DNA of 64,000 nucleotides from Candidatus Altiarchaeota archaeon (GCA_043800255.1 JAZDNF010000006.1:3901-67900); one strand, 5' to 3'; positions 54,340 through 64,000 are shown, numbered from the stretch's first letter. Translations and numbers: made by a program. The notes: a model not told the origin generated them from the letters alone.

Positions 54340-56109
54340 CTATTCTACTGTAACGCTCTTCGCCAGGTTGCGTGGTTTGTCCGGGTCTATTCCTTTCAGG
54401 ACTGAGATGTAGTATGCGAACAGGTGCAGGGGGACGATGTTGAGTATTGGCGTGAGGAGGGGATCTGTTTTTGGTATTTTGAAGTCGCCGTTCTCGCCGA
54501 CTGTTATGACAGACGCGCCCCGCGCTTTAACCTCCTGGATGTTGGAAGCCATCTTGTCCTTCAGGTCATCTGAGGAGAGGATGGAAACGACGACAACACC
54601 CTCCTCCAAAAGTGCTAGTGGGCCGTGCTTGAGCTCGCCTGCAGGATAGCCTTCAGCATGAACGTAGGATATCTCCTTCAGCTTCAGAGCACCCTCCAAC
54701 GCGGTCGGAAAGTTCTGCCTTCTGCCGATGAAAAAGAAGGTGTTGGTGTTAGCGTACTTCTCAGCCAGCCTGCGGATGCTGTTCTCGTCAAGAATCCTCT
54801 GAATCTTGTCAGGCAGAGACTTAAGCTCCTCGAAAGGAAGATCAAAACCCTCCCTGTCGATTCTGCCACTCTGGACCGCCAACAGGAAGCCCAACAGGGT
54901 TGCAGCGATCGCCTGCCCGACATAAGCCTTGGTGGATGCGACAGCAATCTCCGGGCCGGAGTAAATGTATGCGACATCGTCAGAAACTCTCGCTATCGTG
55001 GAGCCGACCACGTTCACTATGGATGCGACATAAGCGCCCCTCTTTTTAGACTCCTTGAGAGCTGCGAGTGTGTCAGCCGTCTCCCCCGACTGGGAGATGC
55101 CGACAACCGCGGTCCTTTTGTCGACGGTCTTGATAGTGGAATACCTGAACTCCGAAGCCACCACAGCCTCAGCCCTGATGCCAAGATTCTCGAGGACGTA
55201 TTTTCCAACAAGGCCAGCATGATATGCCGTGCCGCACGCTATCAAATATATCCGATCATAATCCTTAAGCCGCATGGCAATCGCCATAAGCTCCTTCTCG
55301 CCCTTGAGGGCGTTTCTCGCAGCCTGCGGCTCCTCGAAGATCTCCTTGAGCATGAAATGATGGTAGCCTGCCTTCTCGGCTTCAGAGACGTCCCAGCTGA
55401 TTTTCTCAACCTTCTTCTTAATCCTTTTGCCGGACTCCAGAGAATAGAACTCAGCCTTGTCCCTAGTCACGACACCATACTCGAAATCGTCCAAGATTAT
55501 GGACTTCTTGGTCTCGGACATGAACGCTGGAGCGTCCGAGGCGATGAAATTCTCCTTCTGGCCGAGGCCTATCAGGAGAGGAGAATCCTTCCTGGCAACA
55601 AGAATCCTGTCAGGCTCCTCGCTCGAAATCGCCGTGATGGCATAGCTCCCGTTGAGGCGCCTTACTGCACTGGCAAACGCCGTCAGGAAGTCGCCCTCAT
55701 AGTATTCCTCAATCAGGTGGGCTATCACCTCAGTATCGGTCTCGGACTTCAGCTTATGCCCCCGCTCGCTGAGCTCCCGGGTCAGCTCCTGATAGTTTTC
55801 GATGATGCCGTTGTGGGCGACGGCGAATTTCCCGGAACAGTCAGAGTGCGGGTGAGCGTTCACCTGCGACGGAATGCCATGCGTGGCCCAACGGGTGTGA
55901 GCGACGCCGATGTTAGACTTAAGCTGCTCAGGCTTCAGCTTCCTCCTGACGTCATCGACCTTACCCTTGTCCTTCGGGATTTCAATCTTCCCACCAGAGA
56001 CATAGGCAAGGCCTGCACTGTCATAACCGCGATACTCCAGCCTCTTCAGCATGTCAAACAACAGCTCAGGCGCGTTCCGCCCCCCGATATAACCCGCAAT
56101 ACCGCACAT
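54340..56109 (-). CDS. glmS: Glutamine--fructose-6-phosphate aminotransferase.
   Basis: 589 aa. MCGIAGYIG N-terminal nucleophile, and two SIS domains (...GISQSGETADT...), ending ...KSVTVE. Confidence 0.95.
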   Translation of the reverse strand: MCGIAGYIGGRNAPELLFDMLKRLEYRGYDSAGLAYVSGGKIEIPKDKGKVDDVRRKLKPEQLKSNIGVAHTRWATHGIPSQVNAHPHSDCSGKFAVAHNGIIENYQELTRELSERGHKLKSETDTEVIAHLIEEYYEGDFLTAFASAVRRLNGSYAITAISSEEPDRILVARKDSPLLIGLGQKENFIASDAPAFMSETKKSIILDDFEYGVVTRDKAEFYSLESGKRIKKKVEKISWDVSEAEKAGYHHFMLKEIFEEPQAARNALKGEKELMAIAMRLKDYDRIYLIACGTAYHAGLVGKYVLENLGIRAEAVVASEFRYSTIKTVDKRTAVVGISQSGETADTLAALKESKKRGAYVASIVNVVGSTIARVSDDVAYIYSGPEIAVASTKAYVGQAIAATLLGFLLAVQSGRIDREGFDLPFEELKSLPDKIQRILDENSIRRLAEKYANTNTFFFIGRRQNFPTALEGALKLKEISYVHAEGYPAGELKHGPLALLEEGVVVVSILSSDDLKDKMASNIQEVKARGASVITVGENGDFKIPKTDPLLTPILNIVPLHLFAYYISVLKGIDPDKPRNLAKSVTVE

Positions 56110-56146
56110 TCTGGATATAACTAATAATGGAGTATATTAATATACT

Positions 56147-57865
56147 ATGACCATCAAGAGGAGGGGCAGAGGAGTTGACGACCCCGACCAGATGCAGATG
56201 TTCAAGAAGGATGAACTGTTGCCGCCGCCGTTCGACAAAAGCCATGTGGACAGCGCCAGCCTCGCCAAGCTGGGGCTGACTGCGAAGGACGCTGGAGACA
56301 GCAAGCTCATAACGCATCCTCTCTTCTCCAAGAACATGGAGCACTGGCATTTTCAGGTTGACATGGCAGCCAAAGCCGTTGACGAGAATTCTCTGATAAT
56401 ACTGCCGACAGGCCTCGGAAAGACCAACATCGCCGCCTTGGTAGCTGCAAAGAGAATGCAGGAAAAGCCTCACAAGAAGGTCCTGATGCTCGCCCCAACC
56501 ACTGCACTGGTAAACCAGCATGCAGAAACGTTCGGACAGCTCTTCAGCGGCAAAAAGGTTGCGAAAATCATGGGCGGCGTGGAAAACAGGGAAAAAATAT
56601 GGGAGAACAGTGACATCGTCATTGCCACACCCCAGACGATAGAGAACGACCTCGCGGGAGGCAGAATCAAGCTGGATGATGTTTCACTTCTGATCGTGGA
56701 CGAGGCGCATAAGACGAGAGGAGATTACTCATATGTGAACGTCGGAAGACAATACCAGAAAGTCGAAGGCAGCAGGGTGCTGGGCCTGACAGCCTCTCCC
56801 GGAAGCAGCGCCCAGAAGATAAAGGAGATATGCTCCGACCTGGGAATACCGCCAGGCAGCATACAAATCCGCACGGACGAGGACAGGGACGTGAAACCCT
56901 ACATCCAGTTCGTGAACAGACGGGAGATTAAGGTGCCTCTGCCAGACGTCAAAGACATCAGGGAACAGCTGGGCAGCCTCTACGAGGACAGCCTCGACGC
57001 CCTGCAGAAGCAGGTCAAAAAGAGAGGGTACTTGAGCGAATACCTGAAGGGCACGAGGTTCACCGAGAAGGCCGTTGACGAGATTCGGACTGAGGAGATA
57101 ACAAAACTGTTCGAGCAGATTAGCGATAGAAAGGACCGCCTGAAGAGCAGGGGGCTGGACTACACGACCGATGCGAAACAGTCCAACGCAGACCTGACAG
57201 CATGCGCCAAAGTGCTGAAGCTGTCACACGCTCTCAGGACATTGGACACTCACACGCTTTACACAACATACGAGTACCTGAAGCGGATGAAAGGGGATGG
57301 CACGAAAGCCTCGGAGGAGCTGTTCGAAGACAACAGGATGGATGAATCATATACGGCCATCGGCAGCATGGACGCCACCCATCCAAAAGTTCTAGCACTG
57401 CAGGACATTGTCCTGAAGAACAAAGGCAAGAACATACTCGTCTTCACAGAGTACACTGACACCGCGGAGGACATCACAAGAGAGCTGAACGAGTGGAACA
57501 AGGACGTCAAAGCCAGAAAGTTCATAGGACAGCGGGGGATGACGAAAAAAGAGCAGAGGGAAACGCTCGAAGCGTTCAAGAACCGCGAGTTTAATGTCAT
57601 GGTCGCAACCTCTGTCGCGGAGGAAGGCCTCGACATAAGCGCGGTAGACGCTGTCGTGTTCTTCGAGCCTGTCCCTGACGAGAAGAGGACGGTCCAGCGG
57701 GCGGGCAGGACAGGGAGGAGAGCGCCTGGCGAAGTCTACGTCCTCATCACCGAAGGCAGCAGGGACGAGCTCAACTACTGGGACTCGCAGAGGAAGTGGG
57801 ATCGTATGAGGAAGAACGTCGAAATGCTGCAGAAGAAGAGACAGTGGGAGAGCGGCGGACAGTAA
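56147..57865 (+). CDS. Hef/FANCM-type superfamily-2 helicase (helicase domain only; no nuclease domain).
   Basis: Motif I LPTGLGKT, motif II IVDEAHK, motif III LTASPG, motif V TSVAEEGLDI, motif VI QRAGRTGR. Confidence 0.8.
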   Translation: MTIKRRGRGVDDPDQMQMFKKDELLPPPFDKSHVDSASLAKLGLTAKDAGDSKLITHPLFSKNMEHWHFQVDMAAKAVDENSLIILPTGLGKTNIAALVAAKRMQEKPHKKVLMLAPTTALVNQHAETFGQLFSGKKVAKIMGGVENREKIWENSDIVIATPQTIENDLAGGRIKLDDVSLLIVDEAHKTRGDYSYVNVGRQYQKVEGSRVLGLTASPGSSAQKIKEICSDLGIPPGSIQIRTDEDRDVKPYIQFVNRREIKVPLPDVKDIREQLGSLYEDSLDALQKQVKKRGYLSEYLKGTRFTEKAVDEIRTEEITKLFEQISDRKDRLKSRGLDYTTDAKQSNADLTACAKVLKLSHALRTLDTHTLYTTYEYLKRMKGDGTKASEELFEDNRMDESYTAIGSMDATHPKVLALQDIVLKNKGKNILVFTEYTDTAEDITRELNEWNKDVKARKFIGQRGMTKKEQRETLEAFKNREFNVMVATSVAEEGLDISAVDAVVFFEPVPDEKRTVQRAGRTGRRAPGEVYVLITEGSRDELNYWDSQRKWDRMRKNVEMLQKKRQWESGGQ

Positions 57866-57914
57866 ATCTGTCCCTGCTGCTTTTATAAGAAAATTCGAAT
57901 AGTATTAGCACACA

Positions 57915-58967
57915 ATGAATGACAAGTTCACGGGGTGTTGGACTGCGCTGGTCACTCCTTTTAAGGACGACATCGGGGTTGACTGGGAGCAACTTGAAAA
58001 GAACGTTGAATTCCAGGTAGAGCAGGGCCTGACCGGGCTGCTGCCGATGGGCACCACAGGAGAGTCTGCCACCATAACCCACGAGGAGCATGCGAAGGTA
58101 ATCGGGAAGGTCACCGACTGGGCCCATGGAAGGGCCAAGGTTCTGGCAGGCACAGGCTCAAACAGCACGGAGGAGGCAGTCCATGAGACGCGCCTCGCCC
58201 ATGAGATTGGAGTTGACGGAGTTCTCCTGGTAGACTGCTACTATAATAAGCCCTCCTCGATAGAGCTGAGAAAAGAGTACTACAGCATAATAGCCGAAAA
58301 GTTCCCTGAGCTTGACATCGTGCCCTATGTGATACCGGGGAGGAGCGTCACGGCGCTGCTGCCGGAGGACCTTGCGATACTGAGGAGCGAATACAACAAT
58401 ATCGTCGCCGTAAAGGAGGCTACAGGCGACTTCCAAAGGATGCAAAGGACAAGGGAACTGTTGGACGACGACTTCAACATACTGTCAGGAGACGACCCGA
58501 ACACGTACAAGATGATGACAGACCCGAAGATACGGGCTGCGGGAGTGGTATCTGTGATATCCAACATAACGCCAGGCCCGATAGAAAAGTACACCAGACT
58601 CATACTGGACGGGAAAACGGAGGATGCGAAGGCCATAGACGACGCCTTAACGCCATTATTCAACGTCGTGGGCGTCAAGACCGAGGAGGAGATAAAACTC
58701 CCGAACGGCAGGAAGGCGAAAGTGGTTTACAAGTTCCCAAACCCTGTCCCAGTGAAGACGATGATGAACGGCCTGGGCATGCAGGACAGCCCCTGCAAGA
58801 GGCCGATGGGCAGGCTCACGAAGGCAGGCGTCAATATCGTGAGAAACGCGCTGAAGACCGTGTGGGCCAACAACCCGGAGATGCTTGAACCCATAGAGGA
58901 GTTCTACCATGCGAACATCTCCAGGAGACTGGATGATGACGGCGTCTGGAACTCGCTCAGCTACTAG
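57915..58967 (+). CDS. DapA-family lyase (4-hydroxy-tetrahydrodipicolinate synthase / N-acetylneuraminate lyase family).
   Basis: ...LVTPF... and GTTGES motifs; Schiff-base Lys in IVAVKEATGD; 350 aa. Confidence 0.75.
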   Translation: MNDKFTGCWTALVTPFKDDIGVDWEQLEKNVEFQVEQGLTGLLPMGTTGESATITHEEHAKVIGKVTDWAHGRAKVLAGTGSNSTEEAVHETRLAHEIGVDGVLLVDCYYNKPSSIELRKEYYSIIAEKFPELDIVPYVIPGRSVTALLPEDLAILRSEYNNIVAVKEATGDFQRMQRTRELLDDDFNILSGDDPNTYKMMTDPKIRAAGVVSVISNITPGPIEKYTRLILDGKTEDAKAIDDALTPLFNVVGVKTEEEIKLPNGRKAKVVYKFPNPVPVKTMMNGLGMQDSPCKRPMGRLTKAGVNIVRNALKTVWANNPEMLEPIEEFYHANISRRLDDDGVWNSLSY

Positions 58968-59332
58968 TCCTTCGAGATTATGACCTCAAGCAGGACTTCA
59001 TAGTTCTTAGGCTTCAGATTCGGATTGGCTGCCACATGCCAGTCGAAGGGATGGTGATGCTTCTTGAAGAGCACTTTCAGCTCCTCGCCGATTTCGTCGG
59101 CATCCAACAGCTCGCCCGGACAGTAGAATATGACAGAATGCCCTTCGAGGATCGGATGGGAGCCGGCCTCCTTGAGTATGTCATCCCTGACCTCGGAGAA
59201 ATGACTGTGGTGGACTGCAACGTTCCCAACCTTCGAGAACCATCTCCGTACTTCCTCAACGTCCTTGTGAGACTTCAGGTCAGGCATGCCGTCCTTTCTC
59301 GTGGTCAGATACAAGTGAATGTCCATCGCCAT
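58964..59332 (-). CDS. Hypothetical His-rich protein (122 aa).
   Basis: Complete ORF with a 4-nt overlap to the DapA stop region. No motif recognised. Confidence 0.45.
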   Translation of the reverse strand: MAMDIHLYLTTRKDGMPDLKSHKDVEEVRRWFSKVGNVAVHHSHFSEVRDDILKEAGSHPILEGHSVIFYCPGELLDADEIGEELKVLFKKHHHPFDWHVAANPNLKPKNYEVLLEVIISKD

Positions 59333-59336
59333 ATTA

Positions 59337-59603
59337 TCACCTTACGAATTTTATGAGGTATTCCTCGTGAGAGAGGGGCACTATGTCCATGACGTCAACG
59401 CCGTAGTATTCTTTCAACACTTTCCCGAGATCCTGCGTGTCCAGTATCACGGCATTTATGTCCTCCGACTGGTCGAAGCACGCCTTGAACTCGTCATGGT
59501 ACGTCTCAATCCTGAGAACCTTCTTCCTGTACTTCCGGGTCAGGATGTCAGTGAGCTCATCCTCTCCCAGCAGGATGCCCCGGATTTTTCCCTCGATGTT
59601 CAT
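59337..59603 (-). CDS. Hypothetical protein (88 aa).
   Basis: Complete ORF tightly spaced to its neighbours. Confidence 0.45.
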   Translation of the reverse strand: MNIEGKIRGILLGEDELTDILTRKYRKKVLRIETYHDEFKACFDQSEDINAVILDTQDLGKVLKEYYGVDVMDIVPLSHEEYLIKFVR

Positions 59604-59796
59604 CCTACTTTATAACCTTGTGCTCGATCTTCTTAACGCGGTCATCGAGCTTTTTCATATGCAACATGAACCTCTTCTCCATCTTCTCGATGTGAAGATG
59701 GAGGCGGTCGACTTCTTCCTTGAACTTTTCAGCATTGACGGTCAACTTTATCACCTCATGGTTATTGATAAGTATTAGATTAAAAGAATAATTACT

Positions 59797-60651
59797 ATGG
59801 CAGAGGATATTAACCCGAATTTGATTGTCCAGCTGATACGGAGGGCTGAGACCAGGCTCCCGGAGGACGTCACAGGAGCCCTTAAAGCGGCCTTTAGGCG
59901 CGAGAGAGGCGTCGCGAGGCTGCAAATCAGGAACATCCTGGAGAACGTCAAAGTCGCGGAATCTGAGGGCATACCCATGTGCCAGGACACGGGGGCGCCG
60001 GTGTTCTACGTCAGGATAGGCAGAGGCTCCGACTATAGAAAAATCAGGGAGGCCATAGCTGAGGGCACCAGAAAGGCTACCAGGGTCATACCATTGCGGC
60101 AGAACATCGTAGACCCTCTAACAAGGAGGAACACAGGCGACAACACCGGAGAGGGGATGCCTGCAGTGCATGCTGAATTCCACGATGGAGATTACACTGA
60201 AATCGCCGTCCTGATGAAGGGCGCAGGCTCTGAGAACATGAGCAGGCTGGGAATGCTGAACCCCGCGGACGGCATTACGGGGATTGTAGAGTTTGTCGTC
60301 AAAGCTGTTTATGAGGCTGGAGCCAGACCGTGCCCGCCCACCATACTCGGGATTGGGCTGGGCGGGACAGCGGACGATGCCATGCAACTCGCCAAGAAGG
60401 CGCTGCTCGGCAGGATAGACATCAGGAATGAAGACCCTGGGCTTGCGAAGCTTGAGCAGGACATACTGAAGAGGGTGAACAGGCTCGGCATCGGGCCGAT
60501 GGGTCTGGGGGGGAAGACAACAGCATTGGGAGTGAACATTCTGAAGGCAGGCTGCCATACGGCAAGCCTCCCCGTTGGAGTGAACATACAATGCTGGGCC
60601 AACAGGAGGGCTGCTGTGAGAATCCGAAGAGGGAAGGTCAGATGGCTATAG
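59797..60651 (+). CDS. fumA: Class I fumarate hydratase (Fe-S type), alpha subunit.
   Basis: 284 aa. ...GIPMCQDTGAPVFYV... the FumA/TtdA catalytic-subunit pattern. Confidence 0.9.
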   Translation: MAEDINPNLIVQLIRRAETRLPEDVTGALKAAFRRERGVARLQIRNILENVKVAESEGIPMCQDTGAPVFYVRIGRGSDYRKIREAIAEGTRKATRVIPLRQNIVDPLTRRNTGDNTGEGMPAVHAEFHDGDYTEIAVLMKGAGSENMSRLGMLNPADGITGIVEFVVKAVYEAGARPCPPTILGIGLGGTADDAMQLAKKALLGRIDIRNEDPGLAKLEQDILKRVNRLGIGPMGLGGKTTALGVNILKAGCHTASLPVGVNIQCWANRRAAVRIRRGKVRWL

Positions 60652-61193
60652 TAAGGTTGAAGACGCCAATCAGCGAGAAGGAGGTCCGAATGCTGAGAGC
60701 AGGCGACACAGTTTACCTGAGCGGCATCGTCCATACTGCAAGGGACAAAGCCAATAAGAGGATGCTCGAAGAGGGGAAAACGCCAGTCCATCTTGGAGAT
60801 GGCGTGCTCTTCCACTGCGGTCCCCTCGTCAGGAGAAACGGCAGGAGATGGGAGGTTGTAGGTTTAGGCCCGACCACAAGCTCGAGGATGGACAAGTACA
60901 CGCCGCAGCTGATCGTTAGATTCAAGCCCAGGATTATAATAGGGAAGGGAGGCGTGGACGAGAAGTCAGCCTCGGCCTTTAGAAAACACGGCATCGCATA
61001 CCTTTCGATGACAGGCGGCTGCGCAGCCTCGTCGGCGAAGTCGGTAAGGAAGGTGCTGGATGTTAGATGGAAGGAGTTGGGCCTTGCTGAGGCTATGTGG
61101 ACGCTGGAAGTCGAAGAGCTGGGACCTCTGACGGTTGCCATAGACACCAGCGGAGGGAACTTCTACAGGAGACTCAGTAGGCGGCGAGCATAG
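60642..61193 (+). CDS. fumB: Class I fumarate hydratase, beta subunit.
   Basis: MAIVRLKTPISEKEVRMLRAGDTVYLSGIVHTARDKA..., the beta-subunit swivel-domain pattern. GGAAGG SD lies upstream of ATG 60642. The start overlaps the alpha stop. Confidence 0.9.
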   Translation: MAIVRLKTPISEKEVRMLRAGDTVYLSGIVHTARDKANKRMLEEGKTPVHLGDGVLFHCGPLVRRNGRRWEVVGLGPTTSSRMDKYTPQLIVRFKPRIIIGKGGVDEKSASAFRKHGIAYLSMTGGCAASSAKSVRKVLDVRWKELGLAEAMWTLEVEELGPLTVAIDTSGGNFYRRLSRRRA

Positions 61194-61404
61194 GATTCAG
61201 GAAGTGCTTCCAGAGAGTGTAGAGTGAGAGCATCACAATAAAAGCTGCCATCCAGTGGCTTCTGATGCTGTCAGGCAGTATGCCGATATACGTCAAGACT
61301 ATCATCAGGAGAAATACTTTTATGACAGGCCACACCACCTCGAAGAAATAACGCTCAGCCTTAGTCTCATCTGCATCCTGCATTGGCTTGACAATGTCAA
61401 CCAT
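61174..61404 (-). CDS. Small two-TM membrane protein (76 aa), hypothetical.
   Basis: Two hydrophobic helices (VVWPVIKVFLLMIVLTYIGIL; MAAFIVMLSLYTLW). Confidence 0.4.
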   Translation of the reverse strand: MVDIVKPMQDADETKAERYFFEVVWPVIKVFLLMIVLTYIGILPDSIRSHWMAAFIVMLSLYTLWKHFLNPMLAAY

Positions 61405-61424
61405 ACTGTTGACTTATGGAATTC

Positions 61425-61445
61425 TGAAAGTATAAAAACGAGCAT
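61425..61445 (+). promoter_or_regulatory. Putative TATA box for the HD-GYP gene.
   Basis: gaaaGTATAAAAAcg lies ~30 nt upstream of ATG 61472. Confidence 0.4.
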
Positions 61446-61471
61446 TTATTGCAGAAAGCCCCTAATGATAA

Positions 61472-62698
61472 ATGATGGCTGGAGGAGACCAGACTAGGCA
61501 GAAAACACCAGGGAAGGGTGAAATCCCAAAAGATAAAGTGCCTCACATAAAGGAGGACGCTCCGAAAGTAGACCTAAAGGTCGTGCTGGAGACGATAGAC
61601 AGGGTAATGGGAGGGGTGAGCGGCGGCCTCAGCATGGACGAGACTCTTAAGGACATCACAAGCGGGATAAGAAAGGCCACAGGCTCGGAGAGGGCTCAGG
61701 TCAGGTTCATAGACCCTGAATCCGGGAAGGTAACTGAGACGTATTTTGAGGGCATGACGCCGGAACAACAGGCCATATACCGGGAGAGGCACGGCGTAAA
61801 ATCAGAGCTCATGAAAATCCTCGAAAAGGACGGCACAGTCAGCATCAACAACATAGATGAGGCTGTAGAGAGGGGATGGATTGACGGCGAGAGGGAGACG
61901 AGACTTGGAGTGTTCAACGTCGTGAAAGCGAGGGTGGACTACGAGCGGGACGGCAGGAAGATGATAATCGAACTTTCAGGATACAACGCCCCGGGAGGCT
62001 ATCTCCCGGAGCATGAGGCTATCATGAAGGCGCTTGGGAAAGTCGCCGCGATGTCCATAGACAAGGCTGAGACTATTGAGAAGACAATACAGGCCTTGGC
62101 ACGCGCTGTCGACGCAAAAGACAAGTACACCATAGGACACTCGTCAAGGGTCGCGGACTACGCTCTCGCGCTTGGCCAGAGGCTCGGTTGGGATAACGAT
62201 AAACTATCGCTCCTGAAAAAGTCAGCGCTCCTCCACGACATAGGGAAGATTTCAGTCCCGGAAGCCATACTGCACAAGAAAGGCCAGCTTGACGAGAAAG
62301 AGCGGAAGCTGATAACAAGCCACTCCACGGAAGGGGCTAACATACTTAGGGACTTGTACCCTGAGATAGCTGAGGATATAGAACACCACCATGAGTGGTA
62401 CAATGGCGGAGGGTATCCCGGGGGGCTTAAGGGCGGGAGGATCCCGCTCATGTCCAGGATCATATCGGTCGCGGACGCATTCGACGCCCTCGTCTCAGGC
62501 AGACCTTACAGGAATAAAGTGGACCACGAGGAGGCTATGAGCATAATATGGAAAAACGCTGGCACACAATTCGACCCCGGACTCGTTGAGAAGTTCGAGG
62601 ATGCTCTGAAGGACGGGATCAATCTCACAGGATGGAAAGAGTACAGTTACCCTGGCACTGTCAGGATTGACAGAAACTACGTCCGCCCGAAAATTTAA
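61472..62698 (+). CDS. HD-GYP domain phosphohydrolase with an N-terminal GAF-like sensor region.
   Basis: HD motif LLHDIGK. HHHEWYNGGGYPGG is the HD-GYP signature. 408 aa. Confidence 0.8.
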   Translation: MMAGGDQTRQKTPGKGEIPKDKVPHIKEDAPKVDLKVVLETIDRVMGGVSGGLSMDETLKDITSGIRKATGSERAQVRFIDPESGKVTETYFEGMTPEQQAIYRERHGVKSELMKILEKDGTVSINNIDEAVERGWIDGERETRLGVFNVVKARVDYERDGRKMIIELSGYNAPGGYLPEHEAIMKALGKVAAMSIDKAETIEKTIQALARAVDAKDKYTIGHSSRVADYALALGQRLGWDNDKLSLLKKSALLHDIGKISVPEAILHKKGQLDEKERKLITSHSTEGANILRDLYPEIAEDIEHHHEWYNGGGYPGGLKGGRIPLMSRIISVADAFDALVSGRPYRNKVDHEEAMSIIWKNAGTQFDPGLVEKFEDALKDGINLTGWKEYSYPGTVRIDRNYVRPKI

Positions 62699-62736
62699 GC
62701 CCTGCGCATCGGGTTTAGTTTATCTAATACAATAGT

Positions 62737-63303
62737 ATGTTTATGTCAGGCTCATTTAACAGGGAGTTCCTCAGTCCAGGCTTCCTGTTGGAGAACACAA
62801 GGCGGAAGTGGCTGATTCCGAGATTGGATGTTGATGATATCACGAAAATTGACATCGACGCCCTGAAGTCCAATGGGATTAAGGCGATAATATTCGATGT
62901 TGACAACACCCTGTGCCCTCATATGGGAGCAGCTGTTGACCTGAAGCTGAAGGCTTCGTTCGACAGGATTGCTGGGAATTTCAGGTGCTGCCTTCTGACG
63001 AACGCGATGAGGCAGGACAGGAGAGACCAGCTTGAGAGCCTCTTCGGCCTGCCGTCGGCCAACAACAGCAGGAAGAAGCCGCACGTTGAGGCTGTTGAGG
63101 AAGCACTCCGCCTTCTGGGGACGAAACCTGAGGAGACTGCCTTGGTGGGTGACAGACTCATCACAGACATCGTTGGAGCCAACAAGGCCGGGGTCTATTC
63201 TATAAAGGTCAGGCCTGTCAGCTTCTTGAGCGAGCCGCTGCTTCTGAAGCTGGCAAGAGTGTTCGAGGAGATGCTGCTGATAGCATACAAGGCAGCCGGC
63301 TAG
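62737..63303 (+). CDS. HAD-superfamily phosphatase, subfamily IIIA (YqeG-like).
   Basis: AIIFDVDNTL motif I, then ...LLTNA..., then ...VGDRLITDI... Confidence 0.7.
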   Translation: MFMSGSFNREFLSPGFLLENTRRKWLIPRLDVDDITKIDIDALKSNGIKAIIFDVDNTLCPHMGAAVDLKLKASFDRIAGNFRCCLLTNAMRQDRRDQLESLFGLPSANNSRKKPHVEAVEEALRLLGTKPEETALVGDRLITDIVGANKAGVYSIKVRPVSFLSEPLLLKLARVFEEMLLIAYKAAG

Positions 63304-63304
63304 G

Positions 63305-64000
63305 ATGGGATTCTACGACATGGGCAGAAGGGAACGGGCGGATTACGTTCACAATATGAGGGAGGCCCTTCTCGATGACTTCAGGAGGGGGGATGAGTCT
63401 AACATAAGAAGGTATTTCTCAGACGATGACGGCCATGTCAGGCAGAAGGCGTATCTGGCTGCCGGCAGGCTTTATAAGGAGAAGAGGGAACTCAGGGAGA
63501 ACATCCTGAAGACCCTGCATGAGCTTTCCAGCTCGAAAGACGAGAAGGTCAGGCAGACTGTAGTCCACTGTTACAGTGAGATAGGCATGATAACCCCCGA
63601 TGAGGCTGTCAAAGTCTTTGAGACGGCCCTGGCAGACGGAAGCTGGAAGGTCAGGAACTCTGTAGTTGGAAGCCTGAAGGTGATAGGCGAGAAGAACCCT
63701 GATGCTGCCATAGGGTTCGCGAACAGTTTTCTCAGGAACCCTGACCCTAGGATCAGGAAGGCTGTCCTGCACGGCCTCGAGCTTAGGGGGAGAACCCACC
63801 CGCAGGACATCCTGCCAGTGCTTGAGAAGGCGCAGTTCGACAGTGACAGGGAAGTCAGGGAGACTCTGGTTCATGTCCTCTCGCAGATAAGCTACAAGAA
63901 GGGATGCCTTGAGAAGGTTGTCAATGCTTTGAACGGCTGGGAGAACAAGGACATGGTCAAGAAGGCTGTGAAAGAGATTTTAGAAGTCCATAGGAGGTAT
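63305..64000 (+). CDS. HEAT (PBS-lyase-type) repeat protein, 3'-truncated at the window end.
   Basis: Manual translation MGFYDMGRRERADYVHNMREALLDD... has no stop through position 64000. Repeats DGSWKVRNSVVGSLKVIG, DPDPRIRKAVLHGLE and DSDREVRETLVHVLSQI. Absent from the track because it runs off the edge. Confidence 0.65.
   Translation, partial: MGFYDMGRRERADYVHNMREALLDDFRRGDESNIRRYFSDDDGHVRQKAYLAAGRLYKEKRELRENILKTLHELSSSKDEKVRQTVVHCYSEIGMITPDEAVKVFETALADGSWKVRNSVVGSLKVIGEKNPDAAIGFANSFLRNPDPRIRKAVLHGLELRGRTHPQDILPVLEKAQFDSDREVRETLVHVLSQISYKKGCLEKVVNALNGWENKDMVKKAVKEILEVHRRY

Noticed and set aside
54625-56124. 499-aa plus-strand ORF
   Set aside because: It lies entirely antisense to glmS (54340-56109), which has unmistakable GFAT motifs. 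It is Arg/Leu-rich antisense-type composition and spurious.

Overview
This window is an archaeal chromosomal segment of about 52% GC. The archaeal assignment rests on the r-proteins L7Ae, S28e, L24e, S19e and L10e, aEF-1beta, Orc1/Cdc6, and an archaeal-type riboflavin synthase. Several genes carry GGAGG-like Shine-Dalgarno spacers, and the ORF track appears to use ATG, GTG and TTG starts.

Layout along the window:
1. Positions 1-7831 hold a 3'-truncated giant (>2600 aa) secreted multidomain surface-protein gene on the minus strand. It is absent from the ORF track because it runs off the window edge.
2. 7.9-17.1 kb is a housekeeping block: aEF-1beta, L10e, hisG, orc1/cdc6 and a riboflavin operon. 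It also contains an 843-aa protein ending in an HPr-like phosphocarrier domain.
3. 17.1-24.5 kb is a tightly packed six-gene minus-strand operon. It encodes a bactofilin, a GXGXXG beta-helix protein, a protein with five sigma70-region-4-like HTH repeats, HEAT-like proteins, and two paralogs that share a conserved 19-aa N-terminal peptide.
4. About 26.25-37.8 kb is an AT-rich accessory island. It carries toxin-antitoxin modules, a Bro-N protein, a Type IIG restriction-modification enzyme, and a Cas4-like nuclease. It also carries a TGT/DpdA-like plus Hjc-like nuclease cassette delimited by ~110-bp diverged direct repeats.
5. 37.8-64 kb returns to core genes: GluRS, the L7Ae-S28e-L24e-NDK-S19e cluster, GlmS, a Hef-type helicase, DapA, class I fumarase alpha/beta and an HD-GYP protein. 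These are interleaved with secreted and S/T-rich surface proteins and a two-component-like pair.

No rRNA, tRNA or CRISPR array was detected. Coordinates I derived by hand, especially repeat positions, may be off by 1-2 nt.
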